A stretch of 63,955 nucleotides of DNA, filler included, from Barthelona sp. PAP020 (GCA_040182905.1; 5 parts of 5 records of this genome joined end to end with filler, not necessarily neighbours in it), one strand, 5' to 3'; positions 1 through 12,451 are shown, numbered from the whole stretch's first letter. The notes: generated from the sequence alone by a model not told the origin. Numbers and translations: made by a program.

Positions 1-194
1 TTTCTTAACAATAAACCTGATAATTGTCGAACTTTTTCATCCCATTGGTCATTAATTAATATATCAAAAAGAATATGCGCATTTTCTGCTGTTCCAACAA
101 TTTGTAATAAATATTTGTGTATCGCATCCAAATCACCTTCTCCATACGCAAAATTATGCAGATTTTCGACTAGGTCTGTGAGAGTAGTGATCAT
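1..194 (-). CDS. Partial (5' end) importin-beta/transportin-family protein
   Basis: ATG at 194 opens a frame running off the window: MITTLTDLVENLHNFAYG...DQWDEKVRQLSGLLLR; 'VRQLSGLLL' resembles the importin-beta N-terminal (IBN_N) motif. Confidence 0.5.
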   Translation of the reverse strand, partial: MITTLTDLVENLHNFAYGEGDLDAIHKYLLQIVGTAENAHILFDILINDQWDEKVRQLSGLLLR

Positions 195-457
195 CTAAAA
201 GAAAAACTTGGAATTTGGAACTGAACCCAAAAACCTTCAGAAATTTTATTCGACTAATTTTTAGCCCCTAAAACAATCAAAAATTCATTCATTCTTTTAA
301 AAGAACGATTGTCAAAGCAGTTTGAAATCATCCAAATTTGGTACAAATATTCTGACATAAAAGGGAAGCTTTATAATGTCTTACTAAATGATTAAGAATA
401 AAAGTGCTTTATTAGAATTAATTCAAAATTCAAAAGTTTTTTTATCTTCAATTGAAA

Positions 458-1738
458 ATGGAATTAGCTGAATGTGTTGCCAGAAAAGATGAAGGGAAGT
501 TATTTTTTACAAGTAATCCTTTTGAAAATCCCACTGAAACTTTATGGGAAGCAGTTGAAAATAATGATTTAAGCCTTTTAAAAAAAGTATTAAGATTGGA
601 TAATGTTGATTTTTACGATCAAAGAGAAGATATTGGTCATCCTGCACATCTTGCATGCATTAAAGGATACTTAAATATTTTTGAAATGTTGGTTGATAAA
701 GATGTTGCTGTGAACGATGATGAAATTGCTTACGGTAATTTCCCTTTCTTGGCCGCAAAGAATGGGCGTACAAATGTTGTTGAGTATCTTTTAAAAAATG
801 GTATGAGTTTCACCGTACCTTTAGAATATGAAGGTAAAAGAATGAGTGCTTTTGATATTGCCTTAGCTGAAAAGCATACTTCTACGGTTGAAAAGATATT
901 AAAGGGGATTCCTGATGTTACACCCTATATTATTGTATGTTTGTTCAATTTAGGTAATGTAGAATTGATTACATCAATTGAAGATCGTATGAATTTGGAT
1001 GTTGAGGGACCATTGCCTATTGCCTTGTCTTTTAACGGAAAGAAAGGTAATTTTAACCCTATTACAGCCGCTGCAATTGGTGGATCTGTTGAAGCCTTAG
1101 AATACCTTATTGAACACGAGGTTGATGTTAACAAACCAAGTTCTGAGAATCAAACAGCATTCGAGTTGGCGATGATAAATGGACATGTTGAATTTGTTGA
1201 AAAATTGTTGGAAATTGAGTCTTTAGAATTTCCCAGTCAAGATTCATGTTCTAGTGAACTTTTGATGATCGCTAGTCAAAATTTCCCCCTTGAAATATGT
1301 AAAAAACTTGTTTCCAATGATTGGAAATTCTTGGATAATGCAGATTACTCAAATTTTGCAAGTATTTTTGAAAATGAAGAATTGGATGTTGACAGGGTTG
1401 ATTTCTTGTTTACCAACAATTTCCCAATCAACACTATTATTGGAAAGAAAGATAATGCTAGAATATTGCATGTAGCGATGAAAAAAGAAGAAACTGATCT
1501 TTTAGATCTCATTTTGAAAGTTGACGGTCTTGATGTCAATATTCCTTTTAGTGATGGCAAAACTCCCTTGATGGTAGCTGTTGAAAAAGAAGCAAGTGAA
1601 TTATCTCAATTACTTTTGGACAAACATGCTGCTGTTTCCCTCGATATCATCAATATGACTAATGATGAAGACTTCAAGCAATTGTTACAGTATGAATATG
1701 ATAAGCAACAAGAAGAACCTGTAAATGACAATGAATAA
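458..1738 (+). CDS. Ankyrin-repeat protein
   Basis: Multiple ANK motifs (HPAHLACIKG, FLAAKNGRTNVVEYLL, GKTPLMVAV); first ATG at 458 (the track starts at TTG). Confidence 0.9.
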   Translation: MELAECVARKDEGKLFFTSNPFENPTETLWEAVENNDLSLLKKVLRLDNVDFYDQREDIGHPAHLACIKGYLNIFEMLVDKDVAVNDDEIAYGNFPFLAAKNGRTNVVEYLLKNGMSFTVPLEYEGKRMSAFDIALAEKHTSTVEKILKGIPDVTPYIIVCLFNLGNVELITSIEDRMNLDVEGPLPIALSFNGKKGNFNPITAAAIGGSVEALEYLIEHEVDVNKPSSENQTAFELAMINGHVEFVEKLLEIESLEFPSQDSCSSELLMIASQNFPLEICKKLVSNDWKFLDNADYSNFASIFENEELDVDRVDFLFTNNFPINTIIGKKDNARILHVAMKKEETDLLDLILKVDGLDVNIPFSDGKTPLMVAVEKEASELSQLLLDKHAAVSLDIINMTNDEDFKQLLQYEYDKQQEEPVNDNE

Positions 1739-2099
1739 ATATGCACAATAAAAAAGTGTGAGTAAAATTTTTAAAATATCTTTCATCTTTTTTTTTCTCA
1801 TAAAAACAGTCTCTATAGTTTTTACTCATTTTAATTATTACAAAATTGTCAAAAGACCAATAAAATTAATAAATGTCGAAATAAATTTGTTGTTTTATGT
1901 TAGTTGACTTTTTCATTTCCTTTGAAAAAAAAGAAAAATTTGTGATGAAGACTTATTTGTGTTAATCAACACAATTACACACAACTTTAATTGATAAAAA
2001 ATCTTTTAGTGACAAACTGAACTGAAAACAAATTAAGAACAAATAGAAATTCTTTTTTCCCTTTATATATTTTGAATATCAAGATATCAGGGTACGAAA

Positions 2100-2379
2100 A
2101 TGTCCACAAGAACAGTTCTTGATCGATTAATTGAGATTATTGACACAGGCCATGATATTTCTGTTCAACAAGCAACAGAAAAAATTGCAAATATTGTTTC
2201 AAAGGAACCAGAATCATATTTTACTGTTTTACAAAAGATATTTCCTTATTTATATCATGATAATCCACATACTTGTGAATCAGCCAGTTTAGTCATTGAA
2301 GCCGTTTTACGTAATGCACCCATTTTACCTCCTGAAAAAAACCCTCCTTCAAGATATTCTGTGACAAAAGAAGAAGAAA

Positions 2380-2410
<31 letters not shown>

Positions 2411-5400
2411 GAAGGAAATAGATAATTTGGATGATGTAGATTTTTCTGCAGATAAATTTATGGAATGGGATAAAGAAGAAAAGTATTTTTTAGATGAAGG
2501 TGATAGTTCTGGCATTCAATTGGATGATTATGATAGTTTAAAAGAAATTTTAAATGTTGATGATGAGTTTGATCTTTCTTACATTGACACACCAGAATTT
2601 CGAGATTCAACTAAGCTTTTTTTTAAAAGCATTCAAAAACAACAACAAGAAGATGAAAATGAGAATGATGAGGAAATGGAGGAAGAAGAAGCATCCAAAA
2701 AGTTGTCAAAGGCGGAATTACGCAAGTTAAAAAGACAACAGCGTCTTGCTGATTCGGGAAATGTTGATAGTGAATTCAAACGTGAACCCACAATTGAAAC
2801 AAAGACATCACAGGATGGTTCTTTATCATTAGTTCAATTGGCTAGAGATGTTATTGGAACTCAAAAGAGAACAGATACTTCCAGTGATTTTTTTACAATT
2901 TCGGCAGCAGATCACGTTTTTGATTTGGTCACTCAGATTTCTGCCAGTAAATATCCGCAGTTGGTTCGTTTGGGAATATTTTCTCCATGTTGTAGGGGTA
3001 GAAATGGTGCTCTATTAGCTATACGAGCTGTTTTGAGAACCGTTTCCAATTTTTTAGGATATTATGGCAGTTCTTTAAAGAATGTGAATAACAATGCATT
3101 ATATCATTCTAAAAGATTGAGCAAATTAGTAAAATTCTTGTTATTGCTGATTGCTAGAGATAGATATGTAGATTTTGATTACACTTTAATGAGTGCACCT
3201 ATCGTTGATATGACTGGACAAATATTAGCAATTCTTTTGCCTCAACTAAATACTAAGTTACAAACAAGTGTTTTCCACAAGTTGATGGAATTAATTGAGT
3301 TGTATTGTGGTGATAACGCTGTAAAAAATGGTAACAATTCTTCATTCTGGAAGCAAGCGTATGCAGGACTTATTCCATTAAGATACATTTTATCCAAAGA
3401 TGAGGAAAATAAAGTACCCTTCGAAATGGACTCTGAACAAACATATTTCGTGTTTAATATGTTGAAAAACTCTTTGGGTTGTCGTCAAGATGATGTTTTA
3501 GCTATTGGTATTCTTATAGTCGAACAAATATTGGATAAATTGACCAATGAACACTTTAATGAACTGAAACAGTTATATTGGGAATGTTTTGACCTTTCCG
3601 ATGATTCTCCAGCTTTTGCCTCAATCATTCATGTTTTCCCCGCAATTTACGACCCAAAAAGAGCAGTTTCGTCAGATTTAAATATGACAAATGAAAAAAT
3701 CAAAGGAATTTTAAAGTGTTTGAATCATGAGGATGCGATTGTTCGTTTTGAGACTTTAACATCTCTCATTACCCTTACAAAGTTTTCTACATGGCAAACA
3801 AATCATTCTATTTCTCTTATCGAACCTTTGTATAATGCTTGCATAACACAATTTGATGCTACTGAGACATTGTTAAGAAAATTCATGATTTCGATGTATT
3901 ACTTGGTCAACAGAACAACAGATACGATTGAATTAGGAACCTTCAAAAATTATGAGTGGGGAACAATATCATTTTCATCAATGAACGAATTTTGCCAGAA
4001 AATATTAATTCAACAATTTACGTTTGCCAGATTTCAATCAAATACATTTAAGTTGCTGAGACGTAAGAGTTATTTCCGAAAATTCATCAATATTCTTTTT
4101 TCTTGTGCTTTTGGTGTTGGTATATTGTTCCGAAATTTTAAAGGCGTGACAAATTTTGAGCGAAAAGAAATCAATGATTTCTTGATGAACTTCTTACGAG
4201 GGTATCGTGAGAGTGTTATGGGAATGTCGTCCATTAGATCTCGATTGTTGTTATCTTTAGAATTATTGTTCATGTTATTGAAAGTGACTAATTTACAAGA
4301 TGCTGATGAACAAACTTATGAACATTTCTTCATTGAGAATGATAATGAAGAAGAACAAGAAGAAGATGATGATTTTTTGGATGGTCACAGCAATTTAAAG
4401 AAGAAAGCAAAAAATACCGCCAGATTTTCTACCACTGAGAGTGAATCCATTGATAAATTGGATCGAAACAGATTACGTTCTCAATTAAAGTTCAAAGTGA
4501 TGTATTCTGGAGAATCTTCGGGAGTTTATCAATTGATGCAAAGAAATGATTGTCAAATGTTCATTGACATACTCAAAAAGCAATTAAACAAACCTTTTGA
4601 TCCATTCAAATTCGAAGAAACAAAAGTTCTTTTTGCGGATACCAAATACAACTTAATCAATTCTTTGAATAGTTGTGATGAAATTAATGAGATAGAAGCC
4701 CTAAAGATTCAGTATAGCCGTTCAGATGATGCACCGAATATGTTAAAAGTCGCTGAAAAATTGTTAGAGCTATATCGCAGTGGTAGGGTGAAATCCACTC
4801 AAGAAAATTCTCACTGGACCCAGTTTGGCGTTTTAATTAAGGACGCCAAACAATCATATGAAGATTTTCTTGGAGATGCAGGATTAGTGAAATTTTTTGA
4901 GACTCTTTTGGTCATGAATGCTTCTGGTTTGGAATCGAATATAAAGAGCAATTTGGATGAAAATCTATCGTTAGATCATTTTTATGTGGCTTTAAAACGA
5001 TTCAAAGATTGGTATTTTCTCTTTCCCTTTTTTGGACAAATAGCCATAAAATTGCAGCACCAATCAAAATTCAATTATGAACAAGTTGCAGCCTACTCTC
5101 ATTTACCATCAGTTCAAGCAATATTGCAGAATATTTGTCGCCATTTTACTTCTTTAAATAGATTCCATGAGTTAACTACATTTCACACTTATATTTTCAA
5201 TGAACAGACAGATTTAGAGACATATGGACGTTCATGCAGGTTTTTATGGTCAATTGCACCGGAATTACCAGACTCTTTCTTTGACCGCTTAATGCCTCAG
5301 ATAATGATCATGTTAGATACCGCTATTTTAAGTTATGAACATACTTTACAGTTCATTCCCATGATTTGTGCTCTTGCTGCACGTTTTGGGATCACCCTTC

Positions 5401-7496
5401 TTAATACTTTCATGGAAAAATGTATTGAACTAATATTGAACGACTTCGCCAGGGAATCTCCTGTCATACTCCAACAATATTTTGATCATGTGTTCATAGA
5501 TGCGATTGATTTTGATTTAGATGGTCAAATATATTCAGAGATTGACATGAGAACAGTTCCAACTACTGTTTTTTCTATTTTTTGTACATTGATCAGAATG
5601 TTCAGTGATAATTCCATTCAAGATTTGCCCAGATATTCACCAATTCTTGTTAGACCTTTGATGATGTACAACAGCTCTCAAAATGAAATAATTAAAAGAT
5701 TAGCATACAGATTGTTTTCTGAAGTTGTCCGCGTTGTTGCTGCATACGTTGGTATTTCTGATAGTCATTCAATCGCCAATGCCCCTGTTGGAGCGTCTGA
5801 AAAATTGAACAATATGTTCAAAAAAGAAGCGAAGATATTAGGTTCTCTTTTGAATCCATCTCTTCTTGCACAAAAACCATTGAAACTATTGTTTGATTTT
5901 AATACTCCAGTTACATTAAGAAATTACCAAGTGGAAGGCATCAAATGGTTGGACTTTTTGAGAGGCTTTGGTATGTCTGGTGCATTATGTGATGATATGG
6001 GTCTAGGAAAGACTCTACAAGCGTTATCTATTGTTGCACACACTCATACATTGTATCAAACGAGACAAAAAATTAATACTCTCTCTTTAGTTTTATGTCC
6101 TTCAAGTTTGGTTGTTCATTGGGAAAGAGAAACTGCAAGATTTGTTGGTAATGCAATTGTACCAGTTTGTATTTCTGGAACACCGGCTGAACGCAAAGAA
6201 TTTATAGCTGATGTGAAACAACAATTGAAAAGAGCACGTCAAAGCAAAGGAAAAAGTCAATATAACGTGTCTTTCTTGCTTATTGCTTCTTATAATACAA
6301 TTAGAAACTGCAGACACCTGGATGACTTTATCAAGAAAGAAAATCTTACTTATTTATTGTTAGATGAAGGCCATCAGGTTCGAGATCCAACAAAATCTTT
6401 GTTTAAGAAGATCACCACAATAAAATCTAAGTTTAGACTGATTCTTTCAGGCACACCAATTCAAAATAATGTTCTTGATTTATGGTCACTTTTTGAAATA
6501 TTAATGCCGGGATTCCTTGGTACAAGAACATATTTTCGTAAGAAATATGCTAAACCAGTTGAAAAACACCAGCAATTATCCAGACAAGCCAAATCTGCTG
6601 CCACAAGTAGGTCTTCCTTGCAGTTCCGAAGAAAACTTGAAATTGCCACTTTTGAATCAGATAAAGCAAGGACTGCCCTTGAAAACAAAGTTTTGCCTTT
6701 CATCTTACGTCGTTTAAAATCACAAGTATTGTCAGAATTACCTCCAAAGATGCAAATCGTTCGAACTTTTGAATTAACAGATATCCAAAGAAAAATCTAC
6801 AAGCTGACATTGGAAGAAACACCCAAACAAGAATTGCAGTTTATGCGTCTCACAAAAGTTGTCACTCATCCCTGCTTAATGGCAAATGATAATTATATTG
6901 GAGAGACATTAAGAACAAGCAAAGAATTTGTTGGATATGATGCTCCTAACGCTTCTGGAAAGCTTCAGGCTTTACAAATGCTTCTTACTGAATGTGGTAT
7001 TATTGTTACTGACAATTTTGTGTTCGATGAAGAGTTGAACAGAGCTTTGATTTTTGCGGAATATAAGTCTTCATTGGACCTTGTGGTGAAATATGTGTTG
7101 GAACCAAATAATGTTTCTTATTTACGAATTGATGGTGATGTCATTGAAAGGGAACGTCAGAACATTGTTGACCAATTTAACAGTGGTGAGGCAGATGTTT
7201 TACTTTTGACAAAAAAGGTTGGATCTCATGGATTAAATTTGACTGGAGCAAACGTTATTATTTTGCTGGAACTCAGTTATAATCCTGCTGTTGATTTACA
7301 AGCAATGGATAGAGCTCATCGAATTGGACAAAAAAGACAAGTTATTGTCTATACCTTGATTGGCAGGGGTACGGTTCAAGAGGAAAAACTTGATACCCAA
7401 TACTATAAAATGGATTTAGCAGAATCAATTGTTAATGCAAAGAATGAAGGATTGGATACCATGGATACTGGAGGAATTGTTGATAGATTCGGTTAA
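2100..7496 (+). CDS. MOT1: TBP-associated SNF2 ATPase Mot1/BTAF1
   Basis: N-terminal LDRL..IIDTG, HEAT-like middle region, GALCDDMGLGKTLQ, DEGH, LSGTPIQNN, GLNLTGA, QAMDRAHRIGQKR. Confidence 0.93.
2369..2409 (+). repeat. (GAA)n trinucleotide tract encoding poly-Glu in Mot1
   Basis: Imperfect GAA run directly visible. Confidence 0.85.
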
Positions 7497-7651
7497 TTTT
7501 CAAATTTTTTAAAAATTTTCCTTTTTTTTTTTTAGATTGCAACCAATAAAGAAAGAATCCTCTTTTTTTTTGTTTTTATTTTTTTGCCACATATAATGAC
7601 AAATTGTTGAAGAGGAACAATTCATTAAAAAAAAAAAACTACATTTACAAC

Positions 7652-8206
7652 TTAACCTTTCATTAAACTCCACAAATCTTCTTTGCATTGTTCAACAGAA
7701 GAATAACTAAAATTTTTAACTATAGAAGATTGTGGCAAACTGATAAAACCATCAATGTTTCTATCATTTTCAAAGTCCCATTTAATGCCGGTTAGCGTCT
7801 CATACAGTACTAATGATTGTTCCAAATCTGTCAAATGGACTTTTTTAGTTGAATGCATATCCGACAACTCTCTCTCCAATGTCATATTTTTCATTTCTCT
7901 TTCTGAAATCGCTTTCGTCAAGTCAATTTTTTGTTTTTTCAAATTATCAAGATTATTATTGGCGCTTAACTTTTGATCATTTAAAATTTGCAAATCTTGA
8001 TTGAATTTGTTATCATCAACATCATCGTTTTTTAAAGAATTATATTCGGTCTTTTCATCCTGAAGAACCTTTATTTTTCGCCTGATAACATTAATTTTAG
8101 TGTTATATTCTTCAATAATCGATTCCTTAACAACATTGGAATCTTGATAATCTTTTGCTACATCATTCAAAATCTCATCAAATGCCCCATTAAAACCTTG
8201 ACTCAT
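7652..8206 (-). CDS. SPC24: Kinetochore Ndc80-complex subunit Spc24-like
   Basis: Long coiled coil, then LYETLTGIKWDFE...IDGFI...EDLWSLM, matching the Spc24 C-terminal RWD pattern (LY..I.WDYE...G...D.LWSL). Confidence 0.7.
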   Translation of the reverse strand: MSQGFNGAFDEILNDVAKDYQDSNVVKESIIEEYNTKINVIRRKIKVLQDEKTEYNSLKNDDVDDNKFNQDLQILNDQKLSANNNLDNLKKQKIDLTKAISEREMKNMTLERELSDMHSTKKVHLTDLEQSLVLYETLTGIKWDFENDRNIDGFISLPQSSIVKNFSYSSVEQCKEDLWSLMKG

Positions 8207-8329
8207 AAACAAAAGACAATATATTCACAACGGATATACAAAAAAAAAACTTCTATCTCCCCCATTTTATTTCTTTTAATTGTCCCAAATGAGCTGGTTG
8301 TCAGGGTAATCACATTTATTTATTAAAAC

Positions 8330-9082
8330 ATGAAAACTAACAAGTCTAGAAATGAATATGACACAGGTGTTAACACTTTTTCCCCTGATGGTCGATTATA
8401 TCAGTTAGAATATGCCTGTAAAGCTATTGATTTAGGTCAAACATCGATTGGTATTCAAACTTCAGAGGGAGTTGTATTAGCTTGCGAAAATTTATCAGAA
8501 CCATTATTGGTTCCAAATAAACTTCCAAAATTGTCAAAATTGGAAGAACATGTATGTTGTGCATCGTCTGGATTAATGGCAGATGCCACAATTATTGTTG
8601 ATCATGCAAGAGACACTGCGCAAGACCATTGGTTCAATTTTGACGAACCAATCCCCATTCGTACTTTAACACAAAACATATCTGATCTTTGTTTAAAATT
8701 TTCTGATTCTGATGAAGAAAAAGCCATGTCAAGACCTTTTGGTTGTGCTGCTTTGGTTGCTGGTGTTGATGATAAAGGCCCTCAATTATTTTTGGTTAAC
8801 CCAACATCAACTTTCTTAAGATATGATGCTAAAGCTATAGGTAATGCCCAAAAAAATGCAATGAATCAGTTGGAATCAATGTTTTACAAATCCATGAGTT
8901 TAGAAGAGGCAATTAAGGTTACTGTTACAATTTTACACAATGTCATGGAACAACCATTATCCACAAGTAATATTGAAGTTGGTGTTGTTACAACTGAAGA
9001 CAAAAAGTTTAGAAAACTGTCACTTGAAGAAATTCAAGAATTAATTGACCAAGTTAAAGAAGAAAATAAAGAAGAAGAATGA
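8330..9082 (+). CDS. PSMA5: 20S proteasome subunit alpha type-5
   Basis: RNEYDTGVNTFSPDGRLYQLEYA and the alpha5-typical AMSRPFG. Confidence 0.95.
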   Translation: MKTNKSRNEYDTGVNTFSPDGRLYQLEYACKAIDLGQTSIGIQTSEGVVLACENLSEPLLVPNKLPKLSKLEEHVCCASSGLMADATIIVDHARDTAQDHWFNFDEPIPIRTLTQNISDLCLKFSDSDEEKAMSRPFGCAALVAGVDDKGPQLFLVNPTSTFLRYDAKAIGNAQKNAMNQLESMFYKSMSLEEAIKVTVTILHNVMEQPLSTSNIEVGVVTTEDKKFRKLSLEEIQELIDQVKEENKEEE

Positions 9083-9296
9083 AAATAAATGGTTGTGTAT
9101 TTGTTATTTTGAGATTTCTTAAAATTTCTTTGTGAGAAAACAAACAATTGTTGAATTTATTGAACATTTATATTTATCAACCAATCAAGTTCAAAAAAAT
9201 CGATTAACTCATTCTCGAATGTGTAGAAAGCTTCAAAATTTTGGATGTGATTTTTGGAGATTTTGTTAATACCAAGGTCTTTTTTTTTAAATAATT

Positions 9297-10265
9297 ATGC
9301 CTCTCGTCACTCTTAAACAAATATTAGATCACGCCAGAGAACACAAATATGGTGTTGGTGCTTACAATGTCAACAATATGGAACAAATTCAAGGAATCAT
9401 GATGGCTGCCAATGAAACCAACTCTCCTGTTATCATTCAAGCTTCTCGTGGAGCCCTTAAATACACAAATCTTATTTTCCTTAAGAAATTAATGGAAGCT
9501 GCTGTTGAGATGTACCCTCACATTCCCATTTGTTTACATCTTGATCATGGTGACACTTATGAATCTTGTGTCGAAGCTATTGAACTTGGTTTCACTTCTG
9601 TTATGATTGACGCTTCTCATCATGATTATGAAGATAATGTTCGTATTACAAAACAAGTTGTTGATTATGCTCATCCTCGTGGTGTTTCTGTTGAAGCTGA
9701 ATTAGGTCGTTTGATGGGTGTTGAAGAAGATGTTTCTTCTGATTCTCATGTTTATACCGATCCTGAACAAGCTGTTGATTTCGTCACTCGTACTGGTGTT
9801 GATGCTCTTGCTGTTGCTATTGGTACTTCTCATGGTGCTTACAAATTCACCACTGCTCCTGTTTTGCAAATGGATCTTATCAACGAAATTTCTGCTAAGA
9901 CTGGTATTCCTTTAGTTATGCACGGTTCTTCTTCTGTTCCTGCTGAATTACGTGATCAAATTAACAAATATGGTGGAAATATGCCTAATGCTATGGGTGT
10001 TCCCGTTCCTATGATTGTTGATGCCATTTCTCGTGGTATCTCCAAGATCAATGTTGATTCTGATTCCAGAATGGCTATGACTGGTGTTATTCGTAAGATT
10101 TTTGCTGAAAAGCCCGGTGAATTTGATCCTCGTAAGTATTTGGGACCTGCTCGTGAAGCCACCAAGGAACTTATCATGGAAAAGATGACCGCTTTTGGAA
10201 CTGCTGGTCATGCTGCCGATTATGAACCTATTTCTTTGGAAGATGCCAAGAAATGGTACAACTAG
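9297..10265 (+). CDS. fba: Class II fructose-1,6-bisphosphate aldolase
   Basis: HLDHG, SVMIDAS, VEAELG, LAVAIGTSHGAYK, PLVMHGSS, FDPRKYLGP. Confidence 0.97.
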   Translation: MPLVTLKQILDHAREHKYGVGAYNVNNMEQIQGIMMAANETNSPVIIQASRGALKYTNLIFLKKLMEAAVEMYPHIPICLHLDHGDTYESCVEAIELGFTSVMIDASHHDYEDNVRITKQVVDYAHPRGVSVEAELGRLMGVEEDVSSDSHVYTDPEQAVDFVTRTGVDALAVAIGTSHGAYKFTTAPVLQMDLINEISAKTGIPLVMHGSSSVPAELRDQINKYGGNMPNAMGVPVPMIVDAISRGISKINVDSDSRMAMTGVIRKIFAEKPGEFDPRKYLGPAREATKELIMEKMTAFGTAGHAADYEPISLEDAKKWYN

Positions 10266-10398
10266 GTTATAGATAAATAATTTTTGTGTGTAGTTTTTTT
10301 TTAGTTTCGCTTTTTTGCAAAATTTGCAACAAAAGAAATAAAAAAGAACCGTTTCAATAATGTTTATTTAATAAATGTTTTCAAAAAGCCAAACAAAT

Positions 10399-11627
10399 TT
10401 AAGGAGCAATAGGAGGTTTAGAAGCCATGTGATGTGCAGAATTATGCTTTAATTTTTTCTTCATGTTGTCAGCTAAACTTCTTGTAGTGGGCATTGGATT
10501 CTTGTTGACAGGAAAAGAATGAGGATTCTCCGTTAAGGCATTTTGTAACTGGTCCAGTCTATTTTCCAAATGTTCAGGTCTAACCAACTCCTCGGCACTC
10601 ATGCAACTGACAATTTCCATAATATCATTTAAAGAAAAGGCTTTATCAACATGTTTGTCATAACCAGAAGCAGTTAATTGTGCTTCAGAATATTGTTCAA
10701 CCAACTTAACTTTGTTTTCATTAACTGGAGTTGTTTTCTTTTCATATTGTCTATCTTGATATTTTCGATCTTCAGTCTTACCGAAATTGTTGCGGTTTCT
10801 CTTTCCACCTTTATTTCCTTTGTTTTTATAATTATAGTTCTTATTTCTTCTATTTTGTTGATTATGTTGTTTGTTTTGACTTACTACATAATCCTTGAAA
10901 ATTGGTAGATAAGCATCTAAAGCTTCAACTTCTTCTTGAGTCAGACATTCTTTCAAAGTCATCATGGCACTATCATCATATGAAAATGCTAAAGGATAAC
11001 ATAATCTGTAAACTTCATTTTCATTCATTTCACCTGCTAGCATTTTTGAAACGTTTTCAGCAACAGTTAGAAATTCAACTTTCAAAAGAATGTCATGAGC
11101 ACTAGAAACATGTTCATACATATCAAAAACGAATGAATCATCATCGATACGTTCCTTAATAATGTCTTTGGCTGATGAACAATCAGATTGAGTAGTAAAA
11201 ACAACATTCCAGTGATCATTTTCAAAAACCATCTTATAATAAGAAATGTTCAATTCATTAAATGCATAAATTAATTTCTTTTTATCATTTAAAGAGTTTA
11301 ACAATGGAAATTTCAAAACTAATTTATTCGAAGGAATAATTGCTCGAATTTTACTTTTACCATTATTCAATTCAATAAATTCAGTTTTTTCAACAGCTTT
11401 AACAATTGATTCTTTGGTTGATCCCAAATTATGCATTTTAGGAAAACCAACAACAATATCGATATCAACCCATGAATTTTCATCCATATTATTTCTTAGG
11501 TATGCATCATTCACAATATTTCCATATGAAAAATAAAACTCTAATTGTTTTTGCTGAGAAATCAAATTGTTGCCTAAAAATATTAGTATAATTATTAATT
11601 ATTATTTCTACTAGTGTTATCATTCAT
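10399..11627 (-). CDS. La-motif (LARP-like) RNA-binding protein; two exons, join(11612..11627,10399..11573)
   Basis: KQLEFYFS..N...D.YLR..MD...WV.I..V.GFPKM is a La motif; the long ORF has no ATG ahead of it unless intron 11574-11611 is removed. Confidence 0.8.
11574..11611 (-). other. Candidate 38-nt spliceosomal intron
   Basis: GTAGAAATAATAATTAATAATTATACTAATATTTTTAG; removal gives in-frame MNDNTS-NNLISQQKQLEFYFS. Confidence 0.7.
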
Positions 11628-11925
11628 TATAAACAAACGAAAGGTCCAAAAAATAACAAAAAAAAAGATATTCTTTCATCTTTTGATTTTTAGGATGAAT
11701 TCGATTTAAAACAACTTCACTATATTTTTCATTGTCGTTCATCTTCATAATATAAAATTCATCAAAAATTTTTATACTTCAAAAAAATAACTATATAATC
11801 AAAAACATATGAAATAAAGGAATATTATATCCGTGTATCAAGTGGTTTGGTGAAAAATTAAAGAAATTGGAGAAAAAAATTATAAAAAATTCCAAAACTT
11901 CAACCTTCATTTTTTTCATTGAGAA

Positions 11926-11960
11926 GTACTTCAATTCATTTTATGTACCTAACATATTAG
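11926..11960 (+). other. Candidate 35-nt 5'-UTR intron of RPS26
   Basis: GTACTT...CCTAACATATTAG ending 9 nt before the ATG; CTAAC branch-point-like motif adjacent to the 3' AG. Confidence 0.4.
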
Positions 11961-11969
11961 GTTTTATTA

Positions 11970-12293
11970 ATGCCTCAAAAAAGACGTAATAACGGTCGTT
12001 CCAAAAAGAACTGCGGTCACACCAGTTTTGTTCGTTGCAGCAATTGTTCCCGTGCTGTTCCTAAGGATAAGGCTGTTAAGAAATTTTCTTCCCGCCCTCT
12101 TTGTGATTCTTCTATTTTAAAGGATATTGATGCTGTCACCAAGATTGCAAATTACAAACCTCCTAATCTTTTTTCTTTATCTTACTATTGTGTATCTTGC
12201 GCTTGTCATCATAAGTTAGTACGTGTCCGTTCTCGTGAAGATCGTAGAATCCGTTCTCGTCCTTCCCGTGGTGGTTTAGCTCGTCGTAATTAA
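11970..12293 (+). CDS. RPS26: 40S ribosomal protein S26 (eS26)
   Basis: MPQKRRNNGRSKK...VRCSNCSRAVPKDKAVK...YCVSCA.H...VRVRSREDRR. Confidence 0.97.
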   Translation: MPQKRRNNGRSKKNCGHTSFVRCSNCSRAVPKDKAVKKFSSRPLCDSSILKDIDAVTKIANYKPPNLFSLSYYCVSCACHHKLVRVRSREDRRIRSRPSRGGLARRN

Positions 12294-12451
12294 AAAACAT
12301 TAGTTTTATAGACATTGAATAGAGAAAAACAAGTGTTCTATTAATTTTATGGCATAGAATAAAACATTTACTTGGGAATTTTTTTTAGATCAATTTACAA
12401 AAAAAGACGTGAAATTTATATTTTATACAAATAAACTGAAAAAAATAATGA

